Origin: Planctomycetales bacterium
GTDB lineage: Bacteria; 4484-113; JAFGCY01
Reading direction: 5' to 3'
NCBI GenBank assembly: GCA_022646745.1
Contig: CP060262.1
Location: forward strand, 1,320,001 to 1,352,000
Length of the DNA: 32,000 nucleotides
A model generated the notes under the pieces. It saw nothing but the letters and a program-made list of their open reading frames with translations. It made no database searches and was not told where the DNA came from. Shown here piece by piece: positions 24,740 through 32,000 of this stretch. Numbering within the stretch: the first letter of the stretch is position 1; the number at the start of each line of letters is the position of its first letter. The translations under genes and the position numbers were made by a program.

Positions 24740-26209
24740 CTACGGAATCTGGATCACTTCGGAGGGATAGCCCAGCACCTGCAAGCTGCTGCCAGGAATG
24801 TCAACCACCGGGCGCAGCCAGAGCCAAGCACCGCTCGGTAGATCCTCCAGTATGAGTTCGTGCCACAGAAGCGAATCCGGTAGATGTGCGGCGTAGTTCT
24901 GATACCACTCCGTCGCCTCGTATGCCTCCTGGCTGGGAAAGTCCTCACGCAGAGGTCCGCCGCGCCTGATATAGATCGTGACAAAGCTCGCGTAGGGTGC
25001 GGGTCCTTCCGACACCGGTATCTGTGCGTTCAGCGGCAGCTCAGCTTCATCCAGGGTCATGTAAACGTTTGTCGTAGGCCGCCACGCGGTAAAGAACATG
25101 GGCAGAGAAATGATGTCCGTGGAGCCGATATGGCCGTCACGGTTGAAGTCCAGACCAGCAAGGAAAGGCGACTCGGCCGCATCCGAATAAGTCTTGTCCA
25201 TGTGGATGGCCCAGTCGTCAATGTCAGCGACATTCACTTCCGAGTTCCTGTCGGAATCTCCGACCGCAACCTCGTCATATGTGAGTGCCCGGCTTGCTGG
25301 ATCGTAGCTCAGGCGGCTGTAGCTTGTGTAGCGGATCTGCAGCGGGTCATAGCACAGCTGGCTGACACGTCCGGAACCGGCAGTGCCGACCCAGTAGTAC
25401 ATTTCCGGCTGGTCCGCGAAACCGCTGAAGCTGAACTGCCGCAGGCCGCTTTCCGATGTACTTGCCTCCTGGGGCGGATCGCTTGCCAACGGAGCAATCA
25501 GGGTCGGTCCGCTGCCCTGCCACGGGTAGTCACGGATGTCCTTCGATCCGTACAGCAGCATCCTGGGCGAGGTGCCGTAGTTGCGGGCAATAGGCACGAT
25601 GTCCGCAATGTTGATGATGCCGTTGCGGTCACCGTCAATGTGGCGCAGCAGGCGGTTCTTGCCGGGGCTGCGTCCGATGTTGATTGCCAGTGGCACGAGG
25701 TCGGCGGCGTTGACGATCCCGTTCTGATCGTAGTCTCCGTCCACGCAGTACTCCGCCGTGAGCAGCGGGCTGGAACTGGTGAAGCTGGTCACGGGACGGC
25801 TCAAGTGCTCATCGTAGGCATCCATGTCGGAATCCCAGAATTCGGCATCACTGGTGGATCGCGGCTCATCTCCGAGGCCTGGTGCTGATACCTCAGTCAA
25901 ATTCTCAGGGATGCTTCCGGTCGTCAGCAGCCTCGCCAGCTCCGCCTTCAGTTCGGCGAACACTTCCGCGTCGACATCCGCGGGAGCCTCCAGCACAGCG
26001 ATTTCGCGCAGGGCGGCGGGGAGGTAGATTGGGGCGTCTGGGGCGGTAACTAATCCAGTGGCAGTCTCAGAGTCCGATCCGGCTGCATTGCCGGTCTGGA
26101 TTGCAGCTTCGCCAGCCGCAGGAAGCTCAGGCGTGCGCGCATCTCCGCCGCAGCTCCCGAGGAGCAGCATCACCAGTATCAGTGTCCCGTATCCGATCCG
26201 TCCGCACAT
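24740..26209 (-). CDS. Doc2: lipoprotein with two dockerin modules, tandem paralogue of Doc1
   Basis: GGGGGA lies 6 nt upstream of ATG 26209. Signal MCGRIGYGTLILVMLLLGS|C. Dockerin A spans 25571-25744 (DGDYDQNGIVNAADLVPLAINIG / DGDRNGIINIADIVPIARNYG). Dockerin B spans 25094-25261 (DSDRNSEVNVADI / DFNRDGHIGSTDIISL). Confidence 0.85.
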   Translation of the reverse strand: MCGRIGYGTLILVMLLLGSCGGDARTPELPAAGEAAIQTGNAAGSDSETATGLVTAPDAPIYLPAALREIAVLEAPADVDAEVFAELKAELARLLTTGSIPENLTEVSAPGLGDEPRSTSDAEFWDSDMDAYDEHLSRPVTSFTSSSPLLTAEYCVDGDYDQNGIVNAADLVPLAINIGRSPGKNRLLRHIDGDRNGIINIADIVPIARNYGTSPRMLLYGSKDIRDYPWQGSGPTLIAPLASDPPQEASTSESGLRQFSFSGFADQPEMYYWVGTAGSGRVSQLCYDPLQIRYTSYSRLSYDPASRALTYDEVAVGDSDRNSEVNVADIDDWAIHMDKTYSDAAESPFLAGLDFNRDGHIGSTDIISLPMFFTAWRPTTNVYMTLDEAELPLNAQIPVSEGPAPYASFVTIYIRRGGPLREDFPSQEAYEATEWYQNYAAHLPDSLLWHELILEDLPSGAWLWLRPVVDIPGSSLQVLGYPSEVIQIP

Positions 26210-26318
26210 GGTCTTATCCCCCGTGCAATCACACTATCAGCCCATCAAATCCTACAGGAAAAGGCAGGCTATTACAGGGGACACTTGCGCGGCAGTTTGC
26301 GGCTGACACTTCGTAGCT

Positions 26319-26388
26319 GGCAGAAAGCAGAGCGCTGAAAGCAGACTCGGTGTGCGAATATAGCGGTCTGCTCTCTGCTATCTGCTCC
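26319..26388 (-). terminator. long imperfect purine/pyrimidine hairpin directly 3' of PL6
   Basis: Arm ggcagaaagcagagcgctgaaagcagac (26319-26346) faces arm gtctgctctctgctatctgctcc (26367-26388). On the minus strand this gives a GCAGAC/GUCUGC core extended by A-U and G-U pairs. It starts 8 nt after the stop at 26396-26398. Confidence 0.4.
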
Positions 26389-26395
26389 CTGATCT

Positions 26396-29248
26396 CTAAG
26401 GCACGAAGTACCGCGCCACCTTCAGCTCCGCCGCTGCCAGGTCGTGGTAGACAACGAGCGGCTTGCCCAGCGCACTGCCGACGGACAGGTAGGCCGACTC
26501 GTGCGCATCCGTGTCATACTCGCCGACGCCCGTTGCCACCACACCGCCCACCGGGAAGTCATCGCTGATCTCCGGCGTCTGGGTCGCGCGGTATGTCACC
26601 GCCTGCTCTTCCGTCGAGTAGTAGGCCAGCCCGAGGAAGCCCGCCACGTTGGCACTCGCCAGGTGGTAGCCGTAGTCGTCGGACTCGCTGTCCGGGATGT
26701 ACAGCGGCGCTGTCCAGTCCGTGGTTGAAAGGTCGTTCGCCTTGCGCACCAGCAGCCCGCCGGTCGTCTTGTTGCGCGCCAGCAGGTAGGGCCGGTCGGT
26801 GATGCTCGTCGCCGCGGCGAACTGCAGTTCGTGGTCGCCCGGGGTGTTGTTGCCAAGCGAGTAGGGCAAAAGCGTCCAGTTCGTGCCCTGGTTGTTCACG
26901 GCCTTGCTGAAGTAGGCCCGCCAGGGTGTGTTGTACTGGTCATTGTTCAGCACGTACCACACCGCCGGACGCCCGTCCGTGCCAAGCGTATTGGCCTCGC
27001 AGGTCGTCAGCGCGGTCTTGTCGAGGTGGAAGTCGCTGCCCTTCCAGACAGTGCCGCCGTTGAACAGGTCCCAGTCGCCTCCGGTCGTTGCCACCGGGTC
27101 CGTCGCCCGCACGTAGTAGATGCTGTACGGGTCATCCACGTCGCCGGTATGCCAGACGTAGGCCAGCGCAGGGTTGCCATCGATGATGTTCAGGCTCGGG
27201 CTGTGGTCCAGCCCGTCACTGGTGATCTGCACCTGCTGGAAGCTGGTGGCGTCCGCCGCGTTGCCGACTACGTAGTAGATGCCGGGGTTGGCACCGACCC
27301 GCTGGTAGGCCATCGCCGGCCGGCCGCCGGCAAGTTCCCTGAGCGAGATGTGCTTCGCAGTCACCGACAGCGGCACGGCCTGCGGGATGTTCCACTCCGT
27401 GCCCTGCGGGTTGGCGGCGCGCACGTACTTCAGTGCATTGAACTGGCGGTAGGCGATCGCCGGGTTGCCGTCAATCACGCTCATCATCGGGTCGGCCGGG
27501 CTGGTGTCCGACACGTTGTCAATCGCCGTGGACAGCCAGCCTTCGGTGGACAGCTGCAGCGTATCCACCGCCGTCGCCAGGTCGTCATCCGTCACCCGCA
27601 GGCGCACGGTGTGGAAGCCGCCGCCTGTCAGGTCGATCTCCTGCACCTGCGCGCCATCCTCGATCTCATATGTGCCGTCCCCGTCCAGGTCCCAGTCGTA
27701 CTGCTCAATGCTACCGTCCAGGTCGTCACTCATCGTGGCTGACAGCGTGGCGGTCCAGGGTGCCACGCCGCTAGTGCTGTCCGCGGTGATATGCGCCACC
27801 GGGGCCAGGTTGTCAAGGTCCGGCGCGTAGAGGTACAGCGTGTTGGAGATGCGGCCCTTGTAGGTGGCGACCACACTGAAGTTGCCCTGGAAGATGTCAA
27901 CGATGTCCATCTCCGCCGTTTCCTGGTTGATCTCGCCCACGTTCGGCACCACGAAGCCCGAGCCGATCAGGCCCGCGCTGACTTCGCGGATGCGGATGAT
28001 CTCACCGCCGCCCGTGCCGGATCCGCCGCCCGTTGAGAAGCCGCCGATCAGGAAGTACTGCGACTCATCGTTGATGGTGACGTCGCCATCCACGGAGTGG
28101 TTCAGCATCAGGAAGTAGTTGAAGTTCGGGTCGACGAAGTAGGGGTTGCTCTCGCTGCCGCTGCCTGACAGCGGGGCCGTGTCCAGGTCCAGCACCGGCC
28201 CCGGCGCGCCTGCCAGCTCAACCACCTGGCTGACCGTGCCCTCATTGCCTTCGCTGTCAACCGGCCGCGCCCAGAGCGTGACCGGCCCGGCCGGGGCGGA
28301 GGGCTGGATGTAGCCGTAGACCAGCCTGTCCGTGACCGTGTCGCCGACGCCGTTGGCAAACGGCACGCTGCTGGCCGCCGGGATGGTGCTCGCCGCATCG
28401 GAGGAGGCGGGCACGTCATCCGGGTTGCTGCTGGCGTAGATGTTGTAGCCTCCCAGGGCGTCATTGCCGAAGTTCTGCCCGATCACGGTCAGGTCGGCCA
28501 GGTTGATCTCACCGTTGCCATCGCCGTCCACCACGGTCTCCACCGGGTAGCTCTCCACGCCGATGAACAGCAGGTCCTCGCCGAAGGGCCCGCTCTTGCC
28601 GAAGTGCAGGCCGAGCGGGGTCAGGTCGGCGATCGTGACCACGCCGTTCTGGTCATAGTCACCGGGGTTGGTGTACTGCACGGTGCTGATCAGCGCATCG
28701 CTGCCGGAGAACATCGGCCCGGCCAGCGCGCTCATCGGGGCGCTGGCATTCACGTTGCGCGGCACCATCGCCGTGCGCCGCATGGCCGGCTGCGGCCCGC
28801 GGCTGAAGTGCAGCGTTGCCAGCGTGCCGGATGAATCGAGCGGCTCAGCCAGGTCGAAGTTCGGCAGCACATGTCCGGTCTGCACCAGGCCCGGCTGCAC
28901 ATTCACGCCAAGCGACAGCAGCTGCCTGCCATCGAGCCCGGCCGCGGTCTCGATGCTGTCCAGGCTGTACTGCCGCGGGTCATAGGCAATGTCGGTGTAT
29001 AGCGTATTCAGCTGGGCAGCTTTCGCCAGGTCAATCGTGGCGGTGATCCCGCCATCGTCCTCCACCATGCTGAACCGCACGGCGGAGCGGTCGCCAAGCA
29101 GTGATCCATCCGCAATGCTCAGCGTCGGCTTTTCTGGATACTGTGCGCGTTCCGCCGCCGCATCCGGCAGGCTGTTGTTGCCCGCTCCGCACGCGGCAAG
29201 CAGCAGCAGGGCGACGCCTGCCGCCAGGTTCCTGGTCATAGCAATCAT
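26396..29248 (-). CDS. PL6: lipoprotein with cohesin-like module + dockerin + PKD + propeller
   Basis: Start ATG 29248 (MIAMTRNLAAGVALLLLAA|C) has GGAGAG 6 nt upstream. ATG 29254 is possible. The track start GTG 29341 reads through a noncoding motif that is conserved, out of frame, upstream of PL7. Blades are VIDGNPAIAY, LAGGRPAMAY, IIDGNPALAY, TDGRPAVWY, with turns AANPQGTEWN and VNNQGTNWT. Confidence 0.85.
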   Translation of the reverse strand: MIAMTRNLAAGVALLLLAACGAGNNSLPDAAAERAQYPEKPTLSIADGSLLGDRSAVRFSMVEDDGGITATIDLAKAAQLNTLYTDIAYDPRQYSLDSIETAAGLDGRQLLSLGVNVQPGLVQTGHVLPNFDLAEPLDSSGTLATLHFSRGPQPAMRRTAMVPRNVNASAPMSALAGPMFSGSDALISTVQYTNPGDYDQNGVVTIADLTPLGLHFGKSGPFGEDLLFIGVESYPVETVVDGDGNGEINLADLTVIGQNFGNDALGGYNIYASSNPDDVPASSDAASTIPAASSVPFANGVGDTVTDRLVYGYIQPSAPAGPVTLWARPVDSEGNEGTVSQVVELAGAPGPVLDLDTAPLSGSGSESNPYFVDPNFNYFLMLNHSVDGDVTINDESQYFLIGGFSTGGGSGTGGGEIIRIREVSAGLIGSGFVVPNVGEINQETAEMDIVDIFQGNFSVVATYKGRISNTLYLYAPDLDNLAPVAHITADSTSGVAPWTATLSATMSDDLDGSIEQYDWDLDGDGTYEIEDGAQVQEIDLTGGGFHTVRLRVTDDDLATAVDTLQLSTEGWLSTAIDNVSDTSPADPMMSVIDGNPAIAYRQFNALKYVRAANPQGTEWNIPQAVPLSVTAKHISLRELAGGRPAMAYQRVGANPGIYYVVGNAADATSFQQVQITSDGLDHSPSLNIIDGNPALAYVWHTGDVDDPYSIYYVRATDPVATTGGDWDLFNGGTVWKGSDFHLDKTALTTCEANTLGTDGRPAVWYVLNNDQYNTPWRAYFSKAVNNQGTNWTLLPYSLGNNTPGDHELQFAAATSITDRPYLLARNKTTGGLLVRKANDLSTTDWTAPLYIPDSESDDYGYHLASANVAGFLGLAYYSTEEQAVTYRATQTPEISDDFPVGGVVATGVGEYDTDAHESAYLSVGSALGKPLVVYHDLAAAELKVARYFVP
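27548..27808 (-). other. PKD domain of PL6
   Basis: APVAHITADSTSGVAPWTATLSATMSDDLDGSIEQYDWDLDGDGTYE...HTVRLRVTDDDLATA. Confidence 0.8.
28463..28666 (-). other. dockerin module of PL6
   Basis: GDYDQNGVVTIADLTPLGLHFGK ... DGDGNGEINLADLTVIGQNFGN. These are two EF-hand-like 12-residue loops (D-x-D/N-x-N/D-G-x-h-x-x-x-D), each followed by a helix. Confidence 0.85.
28796..29128 (-). other. cohesin-like module of PL6
   Basis: ITATIDLAKAAQLNTLYTDIAYDPRQYSLDSIETAAGLDG...LLSLGVNVQPGLVQTGHVL...SGTLATLHFSRG. Confidence 0.55.
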
Positions 29249-29321
29249 GTTCATCTCTCCGTCTGGCGGGCCTGTTTGGCCCACTTCCACCCGTGCGGTC
29301 TGTGCGCCGCCGGGCAACCGA

Positions 29322-29363
29322 CTGTCATACCCATTATCCACATCAGGTTAAGCAATGGTTAAA
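29322..29363 (-). promoter_or_regulatory. conserved 42-bp upstream module (PL6 copy): TTTAACC-ATTGC-TTAACC-N7-GATAAT-GGGTAT
   Basis: 39/42 identical to 31412-31453. The minus strand reads TTTAACCATTGCTTAACCtGaTGTGGATAATGGGTATgACAG. This gives a direct TTAACC repeat spaced 11 bp centre to centre. GATAAT lies 18 nt after the first TTAACC, which is sigma70-like geometry. Confidence 0.5.
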
Positions 29364-29386
29364 TGCTACCGGAATCATTTCCAGCA

Positions 29387-31378
29387 TCAGTAGAACACAT
29401 AGAAATTCACGAACTTGATGCCGCCACTTTCCACGGTGAAGGCCATGCATGGATGCGGCCCCAGCAGGCGCATCTCCTTCAGCTCCACCACCGGGATCTG
29501 CTCAATCACGGGCCCGGTCAGCACATAGCCCGCCGCAGAGCCATCCGCACTGAAGGCGCTGGCCACCTGCATCGCATTCACATCCGTCCATGTGGCCATC
29601 AGCCCGCCGTAGGCCGCCAGCAGCTCCGGTGCAAACTGCCCGGGCTGTGAAACCGACAGGTCCACCGGAGCATCCCAGTTGCCGCCGCTGAGGTCGCTCG
29701 ACTCATACTGCTGCAGCATGTTGCTCGCATCATAGGCCGCTAACCCGATGACCTGCCCACCGTACTCGCAGATCCCACCGGGCCGCACATTGGTGCTGGC
29801 CGCGCCGAGCTGGATCGCCTGCTCAGCCGGCAGGTCATTGCCGTCCCAGTTGTAGCGGCGCACATAGGCCAGCGAATCCTGGCTGTCGCGGTAGAAGGCG
29901 AGGAAGCTGTCTCCCTGCTGCAGCAGGCTGCCCATCTGCAGCTTGGTGGTGTAACCCAGCTCCGTGAACAGCGTGGCTGCGGGGGCGTCGCCAAGGTAGA
30001 AGTAAAGCGTTGTCATCCCGTTGTGGCCGAACACCAGCGGCCGTCCGGCGATCTCCATCATCGCGAACTGGTCCTCATTGGACACGCTGGACTTCACCAT
30101 CGGGCTCCAGCTGCTGCCGTCGCCATCAGCGCCAATCGTGTAGTAGCAGGTCTGGCCCACGTCCACGGGCACGCTGATCGCCGGCCGGTTGTCAACCACA
30201 CCGAGCTCCGGCTGCCAGGCATCGGTATATGTGCCGGGCAGCTCGACTTTCGGTTCCCAGAGCAGGCCGGCCCGGTCTACGGACCGGCAATAGTACAGCC
30301 GGCGGTCGCCATTGCCGGCGGACCAGGCAGCCGCAGGCCGGTTGTCAATTATTTCAAGCCGTGGCTCAGTGACGGACCAGCTTGCGTCGTAATGCTCAAT
30401 CTCGGTGAGGTGCCACTGCTTCTCCCATTCTTGAGTCAGGTTGCCCGCCGGTCCCTCCCCAGCGGAACTGCCTGCCCGGACCCAGTAGCGATCGGCGAAG
30501 GCGGGGCTGAGGTCTGTATGGCGGAACTGCTTGCGCTCAGCAGGACTATTGTCAATGTCTGCCAGGGCCAGGCTGACGACATTACGTGTCCCGGCGCCGT
30601 TGGCAGCCGTTGCCTCGGAGGGATAGCCCTGGCCCTCCACACCAGCGTACAGAGTGTATCCTTCCACCAGGTTGCCGAAATGCACTGCGATCGGCGTGAT
30701 ATCCGATACGTTGATCTCCCCGTTGCCATCGCCGTCGACCATGTACTCCATCTGGCCTTCACTGAAGGGCCCGCTGCGGCCGAGGTTGATCCCGAGCGGG
30801 GTCAGGTCGGCGATGTTCACCTCGCCATTCTGGTCGTAGTCCCCGGGGTTCGTGTAGTACCAGCTGAGGATGCTCCAGCGCGCATTGCGTGATAGCTGTG
30901 GCTGCGCATCGGCCACCGCGCTGGGCTTGCGCCGGACTTCCGCTCCGCGCCGGAACTCAATCGTCGCCAGCAGGCCGCTGCCATCCACGCCCGGCGGGTC
31001 AGCTCCCGGCTGCAGCTCACCGTACTGCACTCTGCCGCCGCCATTGCCCGCCAGCAGGTGGATCGCTTCGCTGCCCAGCAGCCCGGCACTGTCCGCCTCG
31101 CCTGCGGTCCACTGTGAGCTGTCGTAGGCGATCTCCAGGTAGGCATGGCTCAGGGCCTTTGCATTGGCAGCCTCGATGCTGACAATCGCTCGCTCGGCAT
31201 CCCGTTCAACCGACATCCGGAACTCAGCGCTGCCACCCATCGCAAAGCTCTCCGGCAGCACGCGCAGGCTGAATTCCTTGGCGCCTGCTGACTGCTCCGG
31301 ACCCGGGCCTGCCGCTCCGCAAGCGGCGAGCATGATGGCAAGCAGGCTTGCCTGCAGTAGTGTAATCAGTCTGTACAT
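29387..31378 (-). CDS. PL7: lipoprotein with cohesin-like module + dockerin + divergent propeller
   Basis: GGAG lies 7 nt upstream of ATG 31378. Signal MYRLITLLQASLLAIMLAA|C. Cohesin-like module at 30944-31276 (YLEIAYDSSQWTAGEADSAGLLG...GSGLLATIEFRRG). Dockerin at 30671-30850 (GDYDQNGEVNIADLTPLGINLG / DGDGNGEINVSDITPIAVHFG). Degenerate blades IIDNRPAAAW, VVDNRPAISV, EIAGRPLVF, with turn GADGDGSSWSP. Confidence 0.85.
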   Translation of the reverse strand: MYRLITLLQASLLAIMLAACGAAGPGPEQSAGAKEFSLRVLPESFAMGGSAEFRMSVERDAERAIVSIEAANAKALSHAYLEIAYDSSQWTAGEADSAGLLGSEAIHLLAGNGGGRVQYGELQPGADPPGVDGSGLLATIEFRRGAEVRRKPSAVADAQPQLSRNARWSILSWYYTNPGDYDQNGEVNIADLTPLGINLGRSGPFSEGQMEYMVDGDGNGEINVSDITPIAVHFGNLVEGYTLYAGVEGQGYPSEATAANGAGTRNVVSLALADIDNSPAERKQFRHTDLSPAFADRYWVRAGSSAGEGPAGNLTQEWEKQWHLTEIEHYDASWSVTEPRLEIIDNRPAAAWSAGNGDRRLYYCRSVDRAGLLWEPKVELPGTYTDAWQPELGVVDNRPAISVPVDVGQTCYYTIGADGDGSSWSPMVKSSVSNEDQFAMMEIAGRPLVFGHNGMTTLYFYLGDAPAATLFTELGYTTKLQMGSLLQQGDSFLAFYRDSQDSLAYVRRYNWDGNDLPAEQAIQLGAASTNVRPGGICEYGGQVIGLAAYDASNMLQQYESSDLSGGNWDAPVDLSVSQPGQFAPELLAAYGGLMATWTDVNAMQVASAFSADGSAAGYVLTGPVIEQIPVVELKEMRLLGPHPCMAFTVESGGIKFVNFYVFY

Positions 31379-31411
31379 GGCATTGCTCCTGCCCCCGCAT
31401 GGGGCAAACCG

Positions 31412-31453
31412 CTGTAATACCCATTATCCACAGCGGGTTAAGCAATGGTTAAA
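31412..31453 (-). promoter_or_regulatory. conserved 42-bp upstream module (PL7 copy)
   Basis: ctgtaatacccattatccacagcgggttaagcaatggttaaa. Its proximal end is 34 nt upstream of ATG 31378. Confidence 0.5.
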
Positions 31454-31485
31454 CACATGCGCAGAAGCCGCGGAATGCCGTGCCG

Positions 31486-32000
31486 TTACAGCGCAGCTTC
31501 ACTGCCGGTTGGGCGGCGCCGGGCGAGCCATTTCTCCACCGGCAGTTCGCTGATCACCATCGCCAGCACGATCAGCAGGCCGCCCACGGCGCGTACCTTC
31601 ACCATCTCCTCGCCGCCGAGTGTCCAGGCGAAGATCGCGGCGAACACCGGCTCCAGGCAGAACACCAGCGCGGTCGTGACCGGCGGCACGCCCTGCTGCG
31701 CCGTCAGCTGCAGCATGAAGGCGGATAGTGTCGGGATCAGCGTCAGGAACAGCACCCAGCCCATTGTCTCGGTGCTGCCGATGCCGAATGGCCGGCCCAT
31801 CGCCACTCCGCAGATCAGCGCCGTCAGGCCGGTGAACAGCAGCTGCTGGAAGTTCAGCACATGCACATTCATCCCGCTGTTGGTGTAGCGGTCGGCGTAC
31901 AGCACATGCGCGGCGTATGTCACGGCTGCCACGAGCGTCAGCATGTCGCCATAGTTGGCCTCGTGGAAGCCGCCGGTCAGCAGCCACAGCCCACAGATTG
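31486..32000 (-). CDS. DMT-superfamily (EamA-like) transporter, N-terminus beyond right window edge
   Basis: The frame is open from nt 32000 (ICGLWLLTGGFHEANYGD precedes the listed Met at 31944) to TAA 31486-31488. The sequence is hydrophobic and multi-TM, with the EamA-type C-terminal half (LIPTLSAFMLQLTAQQGVPPVTTALVFCLEPVFAAIFAW). Confidence 0.8.
   Translation of the reverse strand, partial: ICGLWLLTGGFHEANYGDMLTLVAAVTYAAHVLYADRYTNSGMNVHVLNFQQLLFTGLTALICGVAMGRPFGIGSTETMGWVLFLTLIPTLSAFMLQLTAQQGVPPVTTALVFCLEPVFAAIFAWTLGGEEMVKVRAVGGLLIVLAMVISELPVEKWLARRRPTGSEAAL

Noticed and set aside
21796-31378. Calling the locus a cellulosome, or calling the propellers sialidases
   Set aside because: I can recognise no glycoside hydrolase, CBM or other catalytic module. 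The propellers show Asp-box-like turns, but none of the sialidase catalytic motifs (such as RIP/FRIP) was seen. Only structural-fold-level statements are justified.
1982-31378. Diversity-generating retroelement or invertible-promoter phase variation driving the paralogue family
   Set aside because: There is no reverse transcriptase, no template/variable repeat pair and no recombinase. No long inverted repeats flank the promoters. The only near-identical DNA between paralogues is the 107-nt Doc1/Doc2 patch and the short upstream modules.

Overview
High-GC bacterial chromosomal window: about 65-67% GC in hand-counted coding lines, with two AT-richer patches at 1-300 and 9600-10260. It is gene-dense, mostly minus-strand, and uses the standard code (TGA, TAA and TAG all end ordinary genes). 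No rRNA, tRNA, CRISPR array, transposase or integrase is recognisable.

Conventional genes: guaA; a YahK-like Zn alcohol dehydrogenase with a divergent AraC regulator; a secreted alpha/beta-hydrolase-cupin fusion; an AlkB-family dioxygenase; a DMT/EamA transporter cut by the right edge; a GxxExxY protein cut by the left edge.

The dominant content is accessory, with 12 predicted lipoproteins. Seven of them (PL1-PL7, about 550-950 aa) are paralogues ending in a 6-7-bladed propeller. The blades are 50-60 aa repeats with a 'DG-x-PA-[IVL]-[AS]-[YFW]' strand and an Asp-box-like '[SA]-x-D-x-x-G-x-x-W'. PL1-PL5 share an uncharacterised N-terminal domain with the signature '[AG]-[ND]-[FY]-x3-RW-[EDQ]-[WF]'. 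PL3 and PL6 also carry PKD domains.

The most interesting locus is 21796-31378. Five consecutive lipoprotein genes encode 3 cohesin-like and 6 dockerin modules: one cohesin-only protein, two proteins with two dockerins each, and two proteins with cohesin, dockerin and propeller in one chain. No carbohydrate-active enzyme is recognisable, which suggests a membrane-tethered, self-assembling surface complex.

Second highlight: a TlpA-like redoxin (14510-15532) that the ORF track splits at an in-frame TGA. The TGA sits exactly at the first Cys of the WCGPC active site, so this is a probable selenoprotein.

Other signals:
- three covarying 11-12 bp hairpins behind guaA
- an AT-rich mini-cassette flanked by ~110-130 bp direct repeats, with a relic of an older paralogue
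- a family of long purine-rich hairpins at gene 3' ends
- conserved upstream modules shared by paralogue pairs
- leaderless-type promoters for guaA and alkB

All domain calls are by eye from motifs; no searches were run.
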